In this document: one piece after another, positions 33,126 through 44,070 of the stretch | How positions within the stretch are numbered: position 1 is the stretch's first letter | How the letters are laid out: every line of letters starts with the position of its first letter | Source: Nitrospirota bacterium | Lineage (GTDB): Bacteria > Nitrospirota > UBA9217 | Assembly (NCBI GenBank): GCA_963741205.1 | Contig: CAVUHW010000034.1 | Location: forward strand, 64,001 to 128,000 | Length of the DNA: 64,000 nt | Direction of reading: 5' to 3' | Program-made: the position numbers and the translations under genes | The notes under the pieces: model-generated | Database searches by the model: none | The model's input: the letters and a program-made list of their open reading frames with translations, nothing else | Told to the model about the DNA's origin: nothing

Positions 33126-34346
33126 GTGCTGATTGTCCAGAAATACGGCGGCACATCCGTCGGAAACCCCGAGCGGATCAAGAATGTGGCGAGGCGCGTT
33201 GTCCGAACCCGGGAAGAAGGCCATGATGTCGTGGTGGTCGTTTCGGCCATGAGCGGCGAGACCGACAAACTTATTAATCTTGCCAGCCAGGTGAGCGAGA
33301 ATCCCGATCCCCGGGAGATGGACATGCTCGTCTCCACGGGAGAACGCGTGACCATCGCGCTTCTGGCCATGGCGATCCAGGCTTTGGGTTACCAGGCGCA
33401 GTCCTTCACCGGAAGGCAGGCCGGCATCATCTCCGACAGCGTCCATACCAAGGCGCGGATCGAAAAGATCACCGGCGAGCGGGTGAGGTGCGCCCTCAAG
33501 GAAGGCAAAATCGCCGTCGTGGCGGGTTTCCAGGGTATCACGGAAACGTCGGACGATGTCACGACGCTCGGGCGCGGAGGATCGGACCTTTCTGCCGTGG
33601 CGGTCGCCGCCGCGCTCAAGGCGGACCTCTGCGACATCTACACGGACGTGGACGGAGTCTATACCACGGACCCGAACATGGTGCCGCAGGCGAGGAAACT
33701 CGACAAGATATCCTATGACGAGATGCTCGAACTGGCGAGTCTCGGGGCCAAGGTGCTGCAGACTCGTTCCGTCGAGTTCGCGAAAAAATACAACGTTCCG
33801 GTGAGGGTTCTCTCGAGCTTCAACGACAATCCGGGGACCCTCGTGACCAAGGAGGATTCTGATATGGAGAAGGTAGTGGTGTCCGGCGTGGCGTACGACA
33901 AGAACCAGGTGAAGGTGACCATCCAGGGGGTGCCGGACAAGCCGGGCGTGGCTGCCAGGATATTCAACACCATTTCGGACAACAATATCGTGGTGGACAT
34001 GATCATCCAGAACATCGGCGAAGGAGGCCTCACGGACATGTCGTTTACGGTCCCGAGGACGGATTCCAAGAAGATCCTGGAGGTCATGAAGAAGGTCGTG
34101 GCCGAGATCGGGGCCAAGAACGTAAATGTCAAGGAAGACATTGCGAAGATCTCGATCGTCGGAGTCGGTATGCGCTCGCACTCGGGCGTGGCCGCGAAGA
34201 TGTTCTCCGCACTGGCCAAGGAAGGCATCAATATCATGATGATCAGTACGTCTGAGATCAAGATATCCTGCGTGATCGATGCTAAATACACCGAACTCGC
34301 AGTCCGGGTGCTCCACGACTCGTTCGAGATGGATAAGGCGGCGTAG
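33126..34346 (+). CDS. lysC: aspartate kinase
   Basis: [17 protein letters not shown], two ACT domains, STSEIKIS. Confidence 0.97.
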   Translation: MLIVQKYGGTSVGNPERIKNVARRVVRTREEGHDVVVVVSAMSGETDKLINLASQVSENPDPREMDMLVSTGERVTIALLAMAIQALGYQAQSFTGRQAGIISDSVHTKARIEKITGERVRCALKEGKIAVVAGFQGITETSDDVTTLGRGGSDLSAVAVAAALKADLCDIYTDVDGVYTTDPNMVPQARKLDKISYDEMLELASLGAKVLQTRSVEFAKKYNVPVRVLSSFNDNPGTLVTKEDSDMEKVVVSGVAYDKNQVKVTIQGVPDKPGVAARIFNTISDNNIVVDMIIQNIGEGGLTDMSFTVPRTDSKKILEVMKKVVAEIGAKNVNVKEDIAKISIVGVGMRSHSGVAAKMFSALAKEGINIMMISTSEIKISCVIDAKYTELAVRVLHDSFEMDKAA

Positions 34347-34358
34347 GTCCGGCAAAGT

Positions 34359-34421
34359 GCATGGAGCAAAGCGCATAGCGTAAGATGCGAAACCCCATGC
34401 GCTTTGCGCTATGCGCCATGC
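34359..34421. repeat. heptamer-period inverted repeat
   Basis: GCATGGA-GCAAAGC-GCATAGC facing GCTTTGC-GCTATGC-GCCATGC. A half copy lies at 40561-40588. Confidence 0.7.
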
Positions 34422-34431
34422 CACGTATATT

Positions 34432-36099
34432 ATGAAACCAACAGTCCAAATCTACGACACCACTCTCCGTGACGGGGCCCAGGCGGAGGACGTGAACTTC
34501 TCGGTCGAGGACAAGATCCGCATTGCGCGTAAACTCGACCAGTTCGGCGTCCACTATATCGAGGGCGGCTGGCCGGGTTCCAACCCCCGCGACGTCGAGT
34601 TCTTCAAGGAAATGCGCCGTGTCAAGCTGACGAGGGCGAGGCTTTCAGCCTTCGGGTCGACCCGCCGCGCCGGGCTCAAGGTCTCACATGATCCCAGTAT
34701 GAAAGCCTTGGCTGCCTCGGGCGCGCCTGTTGCGACCATCTTCGGGAAATCATGGGACTTGCACGTGCATAAGGCGCTCAAGACAAGCCTCGAGGAAAAT
34801 CTCAATATGATTTCCGACTCGGTGTCGTTCCTGAAAAAACATATGGACGAGGTCGTTTATGACGCCGAACATTTTTTCGACGGGTACAAGGCCAACCCTG
34901 ATTATGCGATCCTTACCCTCCTCGCAGCGGAAAATGCCGGCGCCGACTGCCTGGTGCTGTGCGACACCAACGGAGGAGTCTTGACGCATGAAATCGAAGA
35001 AATCGTCAAGCAGGTCAAGACGCGGATCCGTACCCCATTCGGGATCCATGCTCATAACGACGCCGAACTTGCCGTAGCGAACTCGCTTGCCGCGATAAGG
35101 ATGGGCGCCGTGCAGGTCCATGGCACGGTGAACGGCTACGGTGAGCGGTGCGGGAACGCCAACCTCTGCTCCATCATCCCGGCCCTGAAGCTCAAAATGG
35201 GGGTCGATTGCGTCTCCGACAATAGTCTTTCGAAGCTGCGGGACCTGTCCCGCTTCGTGGATGAACTCGCAAACCTGCCGCACCGCAAGCGGCAGCCCTA
35301 TATCGGCGACAGCGCATTCGCCCATAAAGGAGGCGTGCACGTGGACGCCATTGCAAAGAGTTCCCTGACTTATGAGCACATCGCCCCGGAACTCGTGGGG
35401 AACAGACGGCGCATCCTGGTGTCCGACATGGCGGGAAAGAGCAACATCCTTCAGAAGGCGGTGGAACTGGGCATCCCGCTCACGAAGGACAGTCCCGAAC
35501 TCGCCGAGATACTCAAAAAGGTCAAAGAGCTGGAGAACGAGGGATATGAATTCGAGGGCGCCGAGGGGTCGCTCGAACTCCTCATGCTCCGCGCAGGCCA
35601 CAACTACGAGTCGGTGTTCACCATGTTCGACCGGATCGATTACCGCATCTTAACGGAGAAGCGAAAGGTAGATCCGCATCCGGTGAGCGAGGCGACCGTT
35701 ACGGTGGAGGTCGGCGGCGACATCGAGCATACGGCCGCATGGGGCAACGGCCCTGTGAACGCGCTGGACAAGGCCCTCCGCAAGGTGCTTCCCGGATATT
35801 TCCCGGGGAGGGGGCTGGAAAACGTCCGGCTGATCGACTACAAGGTCCGGGTGCTGACCGCGTCAGAGGGAACGGCCGCCCGGGTGCGCGTGCTGATCGA
35901 ATCGGGGGACGGCAAGAACAAGTGGGGCACGGTCGGTGTGTCCGAGAACGTGATCGAGGCGAGCTGGCAGGCGCTGGTGGACAGCATTGAATACAAGCTG
36001 TTGAGGACGAAGAAGAAAGTAATATGGAGCAAGGCAACCGTGTTGCCGTCTCCTGACGCCGACGCGGTCGGCTCGGTCCAAAGTGAGGCAATACTATGA
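34432..36099 (+). CDS. cimA: citramalate synthase
   Basis: DTTLRDGAQ, IEGGWPGSNP, YDAEHFFDG, HAHND, WGTVGVSENVIEASW. Confidence 0.92.
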   Translation: MKPTVQIYDTTLRDGAQAEDVNFSVEDKIRIARKLDQFGVHYIEGGWPGSNPRDVEFFKEMRRVKLTRARLSAFGSTRRAGLKVSHDPSMKALAASGAPVATIFGKSWDLHVHKALKTSLEENLNMISDSVSFLKKHMDEVVYDAEHFFDGYKANPDYAILTLLAAENAGADCLVLCDTNGGVLTHEIEEIVKQVKTRIRTPFGIHAHNDAELAVANSLAAIRMGAVQVHGTVNGYGERCGNANLCSIIPALKLKMGVDCVSDNSLSKLRDLSRFVDELANLPHRKRQPYIGDSAFAHKGGVHVDAIAKSSLTYEHIAPELVGNRRRILVSDMAGKSNILQKAVELGIPLTKDSPELAEILKKVKELENEGYEFEGAEGSLELLMLRAGHNYESVFTMFDRIDYRILTEKRKVDPHPVSEATVTVEVGGDIEHTAAWGNGPVNALDKALRKVLPGYFPGRGLENVRLIDYKVRVLTASEGTAARVRVLIESGDGKNKWGTVGVSENVIEASWQALVDSIEYKLLRTKKKVIWSKATVLPSPDADAVGSVQSEAIL

Positions 36100-36524
36100 T
36101 CGAAGAAGAAGGCATCGTAGCCGAGATCGAAGGGAACATTGCCAAGGTGGCTATTGTTAAAAAGAGCGCCTGCGAGCAGTGCTCGGCTTCCGGCGTCTGT
36201 CATCCGGGCGACCAGGAGTATCTGGAGGCCGCGAATCCCTTGAACGCCGAGAAGGGCCAGAAGGTAAAAGTGGCTATTGCGCCTCAACTGTACCTGAAAG
36301 CGTCGATCATTCTGTACGGCATCCCCATGGTTGCTCTCATCTCGGGCGCGATTATAGCCAAGAACATAGCAGTGCACTATGTCGGTGAGGAAAATTCCGA
36401 CCTCTGGGCATTCATTGCCGGCATGGCGTTCACTTTTATTTCCTTTTTGTTCATACGGTCATATAATAAGAAAGTTGAAAAGACCCACAAGTATAAACCG
36501 GTGATCGTCGAGATTCTTTCCTGA
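36096..36524 (+). CDS. RseC/MucC family protein
   Basis: EEGIV, ACEQC...C, ILYGIP, two TM helices. Confidence 0.85.
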   Translation: MIEEEGIVAEIEGNIAKVAIVKKSACEQCSASGVCHPGDQEYLEAANPLNAEKGQKVKVAIAPQLYLKASIILYGIPMVALISGAIIAKNIAVHYVGEENSDLWAFIAGMAFTFISFLFIRSYNKKVEKTHKYKPVIVEILS

Positions 36525-36556
36525 GACATGACAAACACAAAACGGTGAGGCGCAGC

Positions 36557-36823
36557 ATGAGATTGATTAAAAAACCCGACGAAGCGAGAAGACTTGCACG
36601 GACGATCCTCTCGGACATCCTGCTGTACAACCAGGCAAAGGTGAAGGAGGGGATCGAGCAGGACAGTCTTTTCGATGTCCTGACGGAAGAGCTTGCGGAG
36701 GGCCGAAAATATTATGAAACCATGGTGGACGAAGAGCTCCGCCGCGAGAACAATTTTTTCAACGAAGCCGTTGTGGACGTCCTGATAAAGCAGGGAGGCA
36801 AAATCAAGTCGGAAATCTGGTAA
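36557..36823 (+). CDS. conserved hypothetical protein
   Basis: EARRLARTILSDILLYN motif, 88 aa, in operon. Confidence 0.75.
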   Translation: MRLIKKPDEARRLARTILSDILLYNQAKVKEGIEQDSLFDVLTEELAEGRKYYETMVDEELRRENNFFNEAVVDVLIKQGGKIKSEIW

Positions 36824-36865
36824 GGTCATAAGATACAACATTCGGTCACTCAAAAGGAGCGTCTT

Positions 36866-38981
36866 ATGAAAAGCACTGATGTCAAGGAAGTCCGCAACAT
36901 CGCCATTCTGTCACACGGGGCGGCGGGAAAGACCTCGCTCGCCGACGCCATGGTCTATGCCGGGGGGGCCGTCGATCTCCTGGGGAGTGTCGATAACGGC
37001 ACTTCGGTTTTCATGCATGAACCCGAGGAAATGGCGAGAAAGATCACCATCACCTCTTCGCTCGGCTTCGCGGACTGGAAGGACGTACGGATCAACATCA
37101 TAGATACTCCGGGTTACATCAACTTTCTCGAAGAGACCAAAGGCGTCCTCCGCGCCGTCGATGGCGCCATTATCATCGTATCCGCCCTTTCCGGCGTCAA
37201 GGCCGAAACCGAGAAAATATACAAATTCGCCTGCGACTACGAGATCTCCCGCATCGCTTTCATCAGCAAGCTCGACAAAGAACGCGCCGATTTCTTCCGC
37301 GCCGTAGGCGACATGGAAAAGTATTTCTGCAAGGGCGCCCTCATCCTTCAGCTCCCCATCGGGCGGGAGGAGAGTTTCCGCGGCGTCATCGACCTCATCA
37401 CGATGAAGGCGCTCTACTTCGCCCAGGACGGCAGCGGCAAAGCGGAGGAACAAGAGATCCCCGGCACCATGAAGGACGACGCGGCCGCCTATCGCAAGAA
37501 ACTCGTGGAGCAGATCGCGGAAACGGAAGACAGCCTGCTCGAAAAATATCTTGATAAGGGCGATCTCTCGCAGGAGGACCTGATCGCGGGGCTCAAACAC
37601 GGCACGCTGGTCGGCGGGCTCCTGCCGGTCCTCTGCGGCTCCCCCGTCAAGAACATGGGGGTCCGGCAGCTCATGGACGCGGTGGTTTCCTGCCTGCCTT
37701 CGCCGGCGGAACGGGCGGGCATCGTGGCCATCAAGGGCAAGGACCTGAAGACCGGCCAGGAGCTCGTGCGCAAGCCCAGCCCCGACGAGCCGCTCGCCGC
37801 GCTCGTGTTCAAGACCGTCATTGACCCTTTTGCCGGGAAAGCTCTCGATGGTCAGGGTCTACTCGGGGACGCTCAAGGCCGACTCAACCGCCTATAATTC
37901 CACCCGGCAGACCAGGGAAAAAATCGGCACCCTGTTTCTGGTGGAAGGCAAGAAGCAGGTGTCCGTACCGGCGCTCTCCGCGGGCCAGATCGGCGCCGTG
38001 GCAAAGCTCAAGGAGACACAGACCGGCGATACGTTGTGCGCCGAGCAGCAGCCGATCGTCATCGATTTTGCGAAATTCGCGGACCCGGTGATGTCTTACG
38101 CCGTCACTCCCAAGTCCCGGGGGGACGAGGACAAGGTGAGCATCGGCCTTCACAAGCTTCTCGAGGAAGACCCTACCCTGAAGTTCACCTATGACGATCA
38201 GACGAAGGAAATGGTGCTTTCCGGGATGGGGCAGGTCCACCTCGAAGTGACGCTCGAGAAGCTCAAAAGGAAATTCGGCGCGGACGTGACGATGAAGACC
38301 CCCAAGGTCCCCTACAAGGAAACCATCAGGACCAAGGCGAGCGCGCAGGGCAAGTACAAGAAACAGACGGGCGGCCACGGCCAGTACGGCGACGCCTGGC
38401 TCGAGATCGAGCCCCTGCCGCGAGGGACCGGATTCGAATTCGTGGATAATATCGTGGGCGGAGTGGTCCCGCGGCAGTACATTCCCGCCGTGGAAAAAGG
38501 CGTTATCGAGGCCATGCACGAGGGCATCCTCGCGGGGTATCCCGTCGTGGACATCAGGGTCTCGCTGTATGACGGCTCCTACCACGCGGTGGACTCCTCC
38601 GAAATGGCGTTCAAGGTCGCGGCAAGCATGGCCTTCAAGAAGGCTGTGGAAGCGGCCAAGCCGGTCCTGCTCGAACCGATCATGAGCGTCGAGGTCGTGG
38701 CCCCCGATGATGCGCTCGGCGCCGTGATCGGCGATCTCAACTCGCGCCGCGGCAAGGTGCAGGGCGTCGTCCCCCAGGCAAACGGCCAGGCGATCAAGGC
38801 CCTGGTGCCCATGTCCGAGATGCTTACCTACGCGCCTACGCTCAACTCCCTGACGAGCGGGCGGGCGATGTACACGATGGAATTTTACAGCTATGAAGAC
38901 GTCCCGAGCCACCTGGCGCAGAAGATCACCCAGGAGCGGGCCGCGCAGCACGGCGGGGCTCACAATCAGAAGGAAAAATAA
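36866..38981 (+). CDS. fusA2: elongation factor G paralog (EF-G2), frameshift near 37840
   Basis: RNIAILSHGAAGKT, DTPGYINF, GMGQVHLE, KKQTGGHGQYG, DGSYHAVDSSEMAF. Confidence 0.92.
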
Positions 38982-39013
38982 TCAAAGTCATCCATCGATC
39001 AGGCGGCCTTTCT

Positions 39014-39207
39014 TTCGTCATTCCCGCCTGCGCCCAGCGCCTACGAGTGCGACAGCGCGAGTGCAGGGTGAATGCTTGAATCGGGAATCCAGAGATTTAA
39101 AAGACGCGCCCTGCACTCATGCTGCCGCACACCTTGTATTCGCGACGCAGCACTATAAACGTTGGGTGCGGGCTGGGTCCCCGATAGAGACATTCGGGGA
39201 CGACGAA
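39014..39207. repeat. GTCATTCCCG-class palindromic repeat with internal insertions
   Basis: TTCGTCATTCCCG...CGGGAATCC...CCCCGATAG..TTCGGGGACGACGAA. Confidence 0.6.
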
Positions 39208-39237
39208 CGAAAGATGCCTTAAGAGAAAGAAAAATTC

Positions 39238-40494
39238 ATGTATAGAAAAGACACCCTTTCCAACGGGATCCGGGTCGTGTCCGAAACCCTTCCGAAATCG
39301 CGCTCCGTGTCCATCGGCGTGTGGGTGAAGGTCGGTTCGCGGCATGAAGCGCCCGAGATCGGCGGCATATCGCATTTCATCGAGCACATGTTCTTCAAGG
39401 GGACGGGCAAACGGTCAGCCAAGGACATCGCCATCGAGATGGACTCCATCGGCGGCGAAATGAATGCGTTCACCTCGCAGGAGACGACCACGTATTACGC
39501 CAAGGTCGTCGACGAGCACCTTCCCGTGGTCATCGAGATCCTTGCGGATATCCTTCTCGGCGCAAAGTTTGATCCCGCCGAGATGGAAAAGGAGCGCAAA
39601 GTCATCCTCGAAGAGATCAAGGGTGTCGAGGATACGCCCGATGACTACATCCACGAACTCTTTACGAACACAGTCTGGCCCGACAATTCCCTCGGCCGTC
39701 CCATCCTGGGGACCCGGGAGACCATCAAGGCGCTCAAACACGATGACATCGTTTCCTACATCGACAACTATTACCACCCAAAAGAGATCGTGATATCGGT
39801 CGCGGGGAATTTCGAGCATGCGCGGCTGATCGAACTCCTGGACGGGCATTTCGGAAAACTGGCGCGGAACGGCACCGCCAAAAAAGAGGCGACCCCAGCC
39901 TTCACCCGCGCCGTCAGCGTCAAGAAAAAGCAGCTCGAACAGGTTCAGCTCTGCCTTGGCTGCAAGGGGCTGTATTACACGCACGATGAGCGGTTCGTGA
40001 TTTCAGCCCTCAATACGGTGCTCGGAAACAGCATGAGCTCCCGCTTGTTCCAGGAGATCCGGGAACAGAACGCCCTCGCTTATTCGATCTATTCCTACGT
40101 CACGTCTTACCGCGATACCGGGCTCCTCACGGTATATGCGGGAACAGGTCCGGCAAACGCGCTCGAGGTCGTCAGGCTCGTGGTCAAGGAAATGAAAAAG
40201 ATCAAGGAGGAGGGGATCACGGCCGCGGAGGAACTCCGGGTGAAGAACCAGATCAAGGGAAGCTTGATCCTCTCGCTCGAGAGCAGCAACAGCCACATGA
40301 GCAGGCTCGCCCGGCAGGAGATCTATTTCGGTAAATACCTGTCCATGGACGATATCATCAAGGGCGTTGAAAAGGTCACCGCGGAGCATGTGCAGCGGCT
40401 TGCGCAGCAGCTCTTTACCCGCGACAACATTGCCCTCACGATCCTGGGGCCGCTCGGCAGGGCCGATGTGCCCGATTCGGCTTTGGAGATTTGA
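39238..40494 (+). CDS. M16 (pitrilysin) family zinc peptidase
   Basis: HFIEHMFFKGT, NAFTS, SSRLFQEIRE. Confidence 0.93.
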   Translation: MYRKDTLSNGIRVVSETLPKSRSVSIGVWVKVGSRHEAPEIGGISHFIEHMFFKGTGKRSAKDIAIEMDSIGGEMNAFTSQETTTYYAKVVDEHLPVVIEILADILLGAKFDPAEMEKERKVILEEIKGVEDTPDDYIHELFTNTVWPDNSLGRPILGTRETIKALKHDDIVSYIDNYYHPKEIVISVAGNFEHARLIELLDGHFGKLARNGTAKKEATPAFTRAVSVKKKQLEQVQLCLGCKGLYYTHDERFVISALNTVLGNSMSSRLFQEIREQNALAYSIYSYVTSYRDTGLLTVYAGTGPANALEVVRLVVKEMKKIKEEGITAAEELRVKNQIKGSLILSLESSNSHMSRLARQEIYFGKYLSMDDIIKGVEKVTAEHVQRLAQQLFTRDNIALTILGPLGRADVPDSALEI

Positions 40495-40601
40495 ATCACG
40501 GATGAACACGAGCGCATCATTGTCAAGATCGCATGTATGCGCAGGATAGTATACCAGCAACTCTACGCTATGCGCTTTGCTCTATGCGAATATTACAGAA
40601 C

Positions 40602-41054
40602 ATGCCCCAACATCTTGTCGTCCATATAAACCGGCTGCCGAATTCCGAAGGGCTGCCGCTTCCCCATTACCAGACCGAGCACGCCGCGGGAGTCGATCTG
40701 TACGCGGCAGTGCAGGGGGACACCGTCATCGCAGCGGGGCAATGGTCGCTTATTCCCACCGGCATCTCCCTGGCGATTCCGGAAGGGTACGAAGGCCAGG
40801 TCCGGCCCCGGAGCGGGCTCGCGCTCAAACACGGCATCGGCATGCTGAACGGCCCCGGCACCATTGACGCGGACTACCGGGGAGAGATCGGGATCATCCT
40901 GTTCAATTTCAGCAACGAGCCCTTCACGGTGCGCCGCGGCGACCGCATCGCGCAGATGGTGTTCGCGAAACTCGAAAAGGCGAGGTTTGAGAGCGTGGCG
41001 TCGTTGTCCGAGACCGTGCGGGGCCCCGGGGGGTTCGGGCATACGGGGATATGA
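40602..41054 (+). CDS. dut: dUTP diphosphatase
   Basis: [32 protein letters not shown]. Confidence 0.97.
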   Translation: MPQHLVVHINRLPNSEGLPLPHYQTEHAAGVDLYAAVQGDTVIAAGQWSLIPTGISLAIPEGYEGQVRPRSGLALKHGIGMLNGPGTIDADYRGEIGIILFNFSNEPFTVRRGDRIAQMVFAKLEKARFESVASLSETVRGPGGFGHTGI

Positions 41055-41232
41055 TAAGACAAACACGAATAGGTTGCCGACACTGCTTTAATCATACTGG
41101 GGCAGGCTTGCGAAGAAATGCTTATCGCAATGACAGTAAGGAGTTTTTCAGTAACCCGTTATCCAGATGAGCTTGGAATTTATTCTGGCGTTTGCTGTTT
41201 ATAATTTGGAATTTGATCGGAGAAAGGAACCT

Positions 41233-42558
41233 ATGCGCCGGTTGCGAAAAATCATCATCATCACATTGCTTATGGCTGCATCAGCTAAATTTGCCTTCAG
41301 CCAGCCGCTGAACGTCACCGAAAAGATCCTCCCGAACGGACTCAAGGTGCTGCTCATGGAGGAGCACAAGGCGCCGGTGGTGACGTTCCAGATCTGGTAC
41401 AAGGTCGGATCGCGCAACGAATGCCTCGGCAAGACAGGACTGTCCCACATGCTGGAACACATGATGTTCAAGGGGACGAAAAAGCATGGTCCCAAGACTT
41501 TCTCCCAGACGGTCCAGCGTAACGGCGGCAATGACAATGCTTTTACCTCCCACGATTACACGGCCTATTTTGAGAGCTTTGCGGCGGACCGTATCGGGAT
41601 ATCGCTTGACCTCGAGTCGGACCGCATGCAGGACCTGTTGATAGACCCCAAGGAGTTCGCCTCCGAACGCGACGTGGTGAAGGAAGAGCGCCGCATGCGG
41701 TATGAGGATGACCCGGTCAATACCCTGGAGGAGCAGATGATGACCGTTGCCTTCAGCGCCCATCCCTATCAGTGGCCCGTGATCGGGTGGATGGCGGATA
41801 TCAGCAATTTCACCCGGGACGACCTGTACCACCATTACCGCACCTACTATGTGCCGAACAACGCGACGATCGTCGCGGTCGGCGATTTCAATACAAAGAC
41901 GCTGTTAGCCGGGATCGAGAAATCATTCGGCTCGATACCGCGAGGCCCTGATGTGCCAAAGGTCGACGCTGTCGAGCCGAAACATCTCGGCGAGCGGCGG
42001 GTCATCGTCCATAAAGAGGCGGAATTGCCCGCGGTCTTTGCGGGGTTCAATGCGCCGACCCTGAAGCACGCAGACTCCTATTCTCTCGATGTCTTGCAGG
42101 GAATTCTTTCCTCCGGGAAAAGCTCCCGACTCTACCGCTCCCTGGTTTATGAAAAACAGATTGCCCTCTATGCAGGGGGCGATTACGACAACATATCCAC
42201 GGACCCGAACCTGTTCTATGTCTACGCAGGCGTGATGCCCGGGAAAACTCCCGAAGAGGTTGAAGCTGCGCTGCTCGCGGAGATCGACAGGTTCAAGGCC
42301 GAACCGGTGACCGACGACGAACTTCTGAAGGCCAAAAACCAGATCGAGTCCACCTTCATCATGGGACGTGACTCGAACTTCAACCAGGCGATGCAGATCG
42401 GCCAGTTCGAAAGCGTCGCCAGCTGGAAACTACTCGAAACGTATGTGGACAAGATCCGGGCCGTGACGAAGGAAGACATCATGCGCGTGGCAAAGGAATA
42501 TTTTTCGGGAGACAACAGGACGGTAGGGATCCTTCTACCGGTGAAGAATGTAAAATGA
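41233..42558 (+). CDS. secreted M16 peptidase, catalytic subunit
   Basis: Signal peptide, HMLEHMMFKGT, EERRMR. Confidence 0.92.
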   Translation: MRRLRKIIIITLLMAASAKFAFSQPLNVTEKILPNGLKVLLMEEHKAPVVTFQIWYKVGSRNECLGKTGLSHMLEHMMFKGTKKHGPKTFSQTVQRNGGNDNAFTSHDYTAYFESFAADRIGISLDLESDRMQDLLIDPKEFASERDVVKEERRMRYEDDPVNTLEEQMMTVAFSAHPYQWPVIGWMADISNFTRDDLYHHYRTYYVPNNATIVAVGDFNTKTLLAGIEKSFGSIPRGPDVPKVDAVEPKHLGERRVIVHKEAELPAVFAGFNAPTLKHADSYSLDVLQGILSSGKSSRLYRSLVYEKQIALYAGGDYDNISTDPNLFYVYAGVMPGKTPEEVEAALLAEIDRFKAEPVTDDELLKAKNQIESTFIMGRDSNFNQAMQIGQFESVASWKLLETYVDKIRAVTKEDIMRVAKEYFSGDNRTVGILLPVKNVK

Positions 42559-42593
42559 GGGATTGGAAAATTAAAATGACGAGGCAGAAGAAA

Positions 42594-43934
42594 ATGAAAA
42601 TCAGCAGATATCTCCTTTCCGTGGTTCTTGCGGTTGTTTTCCTGTCTCTCCCCGGCACGCCTGCCTTTTGCGCCGAGCCGCTGGGCAAACGCATCCTGCT
42701 CGAAAACGGCATGGTCCTGCTGCTCGCCGAAAAGCACGATATCCCCATGGTCACGGTGAACATGGCGATAACGGCGGGAAGCACCGCGGAACCGGCGGAC
42801 AAGCCTGGCCTTGCGACGCTGACGGCGTCGCTGCTCACCCAGGGGACGGCGAAACGGTCCGCGCAGCAAATAAGCCGCGAGATCGATTTCATCGGCGGCT
42901 CACTTTCGACGTCAGGCGGCGACGATTTTGCGTCAGCGTCCCTCCGCGTGCTGAAGAAGGATATTCGGACGGGGTTCGACCTGCTCTCGGATGTGCTCAT
43001 GAACCCGGCCTTCGATCAGAAGGAGATCGACCGCAAGATCAAGGAAACGCTGGCGGAGATCCGGCGTCAGCTGGAAGAGCCGGGAAACGTGGCCCGCAAC
43101 GCCTTTGATAAGGCCGTCTTCGGGGCCGGCCCCTACGGCAGGACGAACGACGATGTGGCTGCCTATCTCCCAAAGCTCGCGCGCCAGGACGTCCTCGCCT
43201 TTTACGCTGCCAGCTACAGTCCGAACCATGCGATCATTTCCGTGGTGGGAGATGTCACGGAGAAGGAAATTATCTCACTGCTGAAAGAGTACTTTCAATC
43301 GTGGCGGAAGAAGGAACAACCGCTTCCCCCGTACATAGAGCCGCCGGTCATCGAGAAGACGACGGTCCGGAAGATCGATAAGCGAATCACCCAGGCCAAC
43401 ATAGATATGGGCAATGTAGGCATTAGCCGCGAGAACCCTGATTTTTACGCCTGCACGATCATGAACTACATCCTGGGCGGCGGGGGTTTCACCTCGCGTC
43501 TTATGGACAATATCAGGGACAATAAAGGGCTGGCCTACGACGTACACAGCGGATTTTCACCCCAGAAACAGCCCGGGGCGTTCACGATCACGATCCAGAC
43601 GAAGAACGAGTCCGCAAGCGAGGTGATCGCGGAGACGCTCAAGGAGATCCGCCGGGTACAGTCGGACCTGGTTACGGAACAGGAGCTTTCCGACGCAAAG
43701 GCTTACCTAACCGGGAGTTTCCCGCTGCGCATGGACACCTCGGCCAAGATCGCAGGCATGCTGACGTCGATCGAGATCTACAACCTTGGTCTTGAGTATC
43801 CGCAGAAGTATCCGGCCCTGATCAACGCCGTAACCCGTGAAGACGTCCAGCGGGTGGCGAAAAAATATCTCCACCCCGATCAGATGGTGATCGTCGTTGT
43901 CGCTGACCAGGAAAAGGCGAAACTGAAATACTGA
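42594..43934 (+). CDS. secreted M16 peptidase, non-catalytic partner subunit
   Basis: Signal peptide, no HxxEH, LGGGGFTSRL..IRDNKGLAY. Confidence 0.9.
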   Translation: MKISRYLLSVVLAVVFLSLPGTPAFCAEPLGKRILLENGMVLLLAEKHDIPMVTVNMAITAGSTAEPADKPGLATLTASLLTQGTAKRSAQQISREIDFIGGSLSTSGGDDFASASLRVLKKDIRTGFDLLSDVLMNPAFDQKEIDRKIKETLAEIRRQLEEPGNVARNAFDKAVFGAGPYGRTNDDVAAYLPKLARQDVLAFYAASYSPNHAIISVVGDVTEKEIISLLKEYFQSWRKKEQPLPPYIEPPVIEKTTVRKIDKRITQANIDMGNVGISRENPDFYACTIMNYILGGGGFTSRLMDNIRDNKGLAYDVHSGFSPQKQPGAFTITIQTKNESASEVIAETLKEIRRVQSDLVTEQELSDAKAYLTGSFPLRMDTSAKIAGMLTSIEIYNLGLEYPQKYPALINAVTREDVQRVAKKYLHPDQMVIVVVADQEKAKLKY

Positions 43935-44070
43935 GAATCGGAAGACACGGATGTGAGCAGCATGGTGACAGATGTCAGTTCAAGATGATAACTGGGAACT
44001 CTTGCATATTCGTCAATCTCACATGCCTGCTTCTGTCATCTTGGTCATCCGTGGTTCTAATTATATCCTT

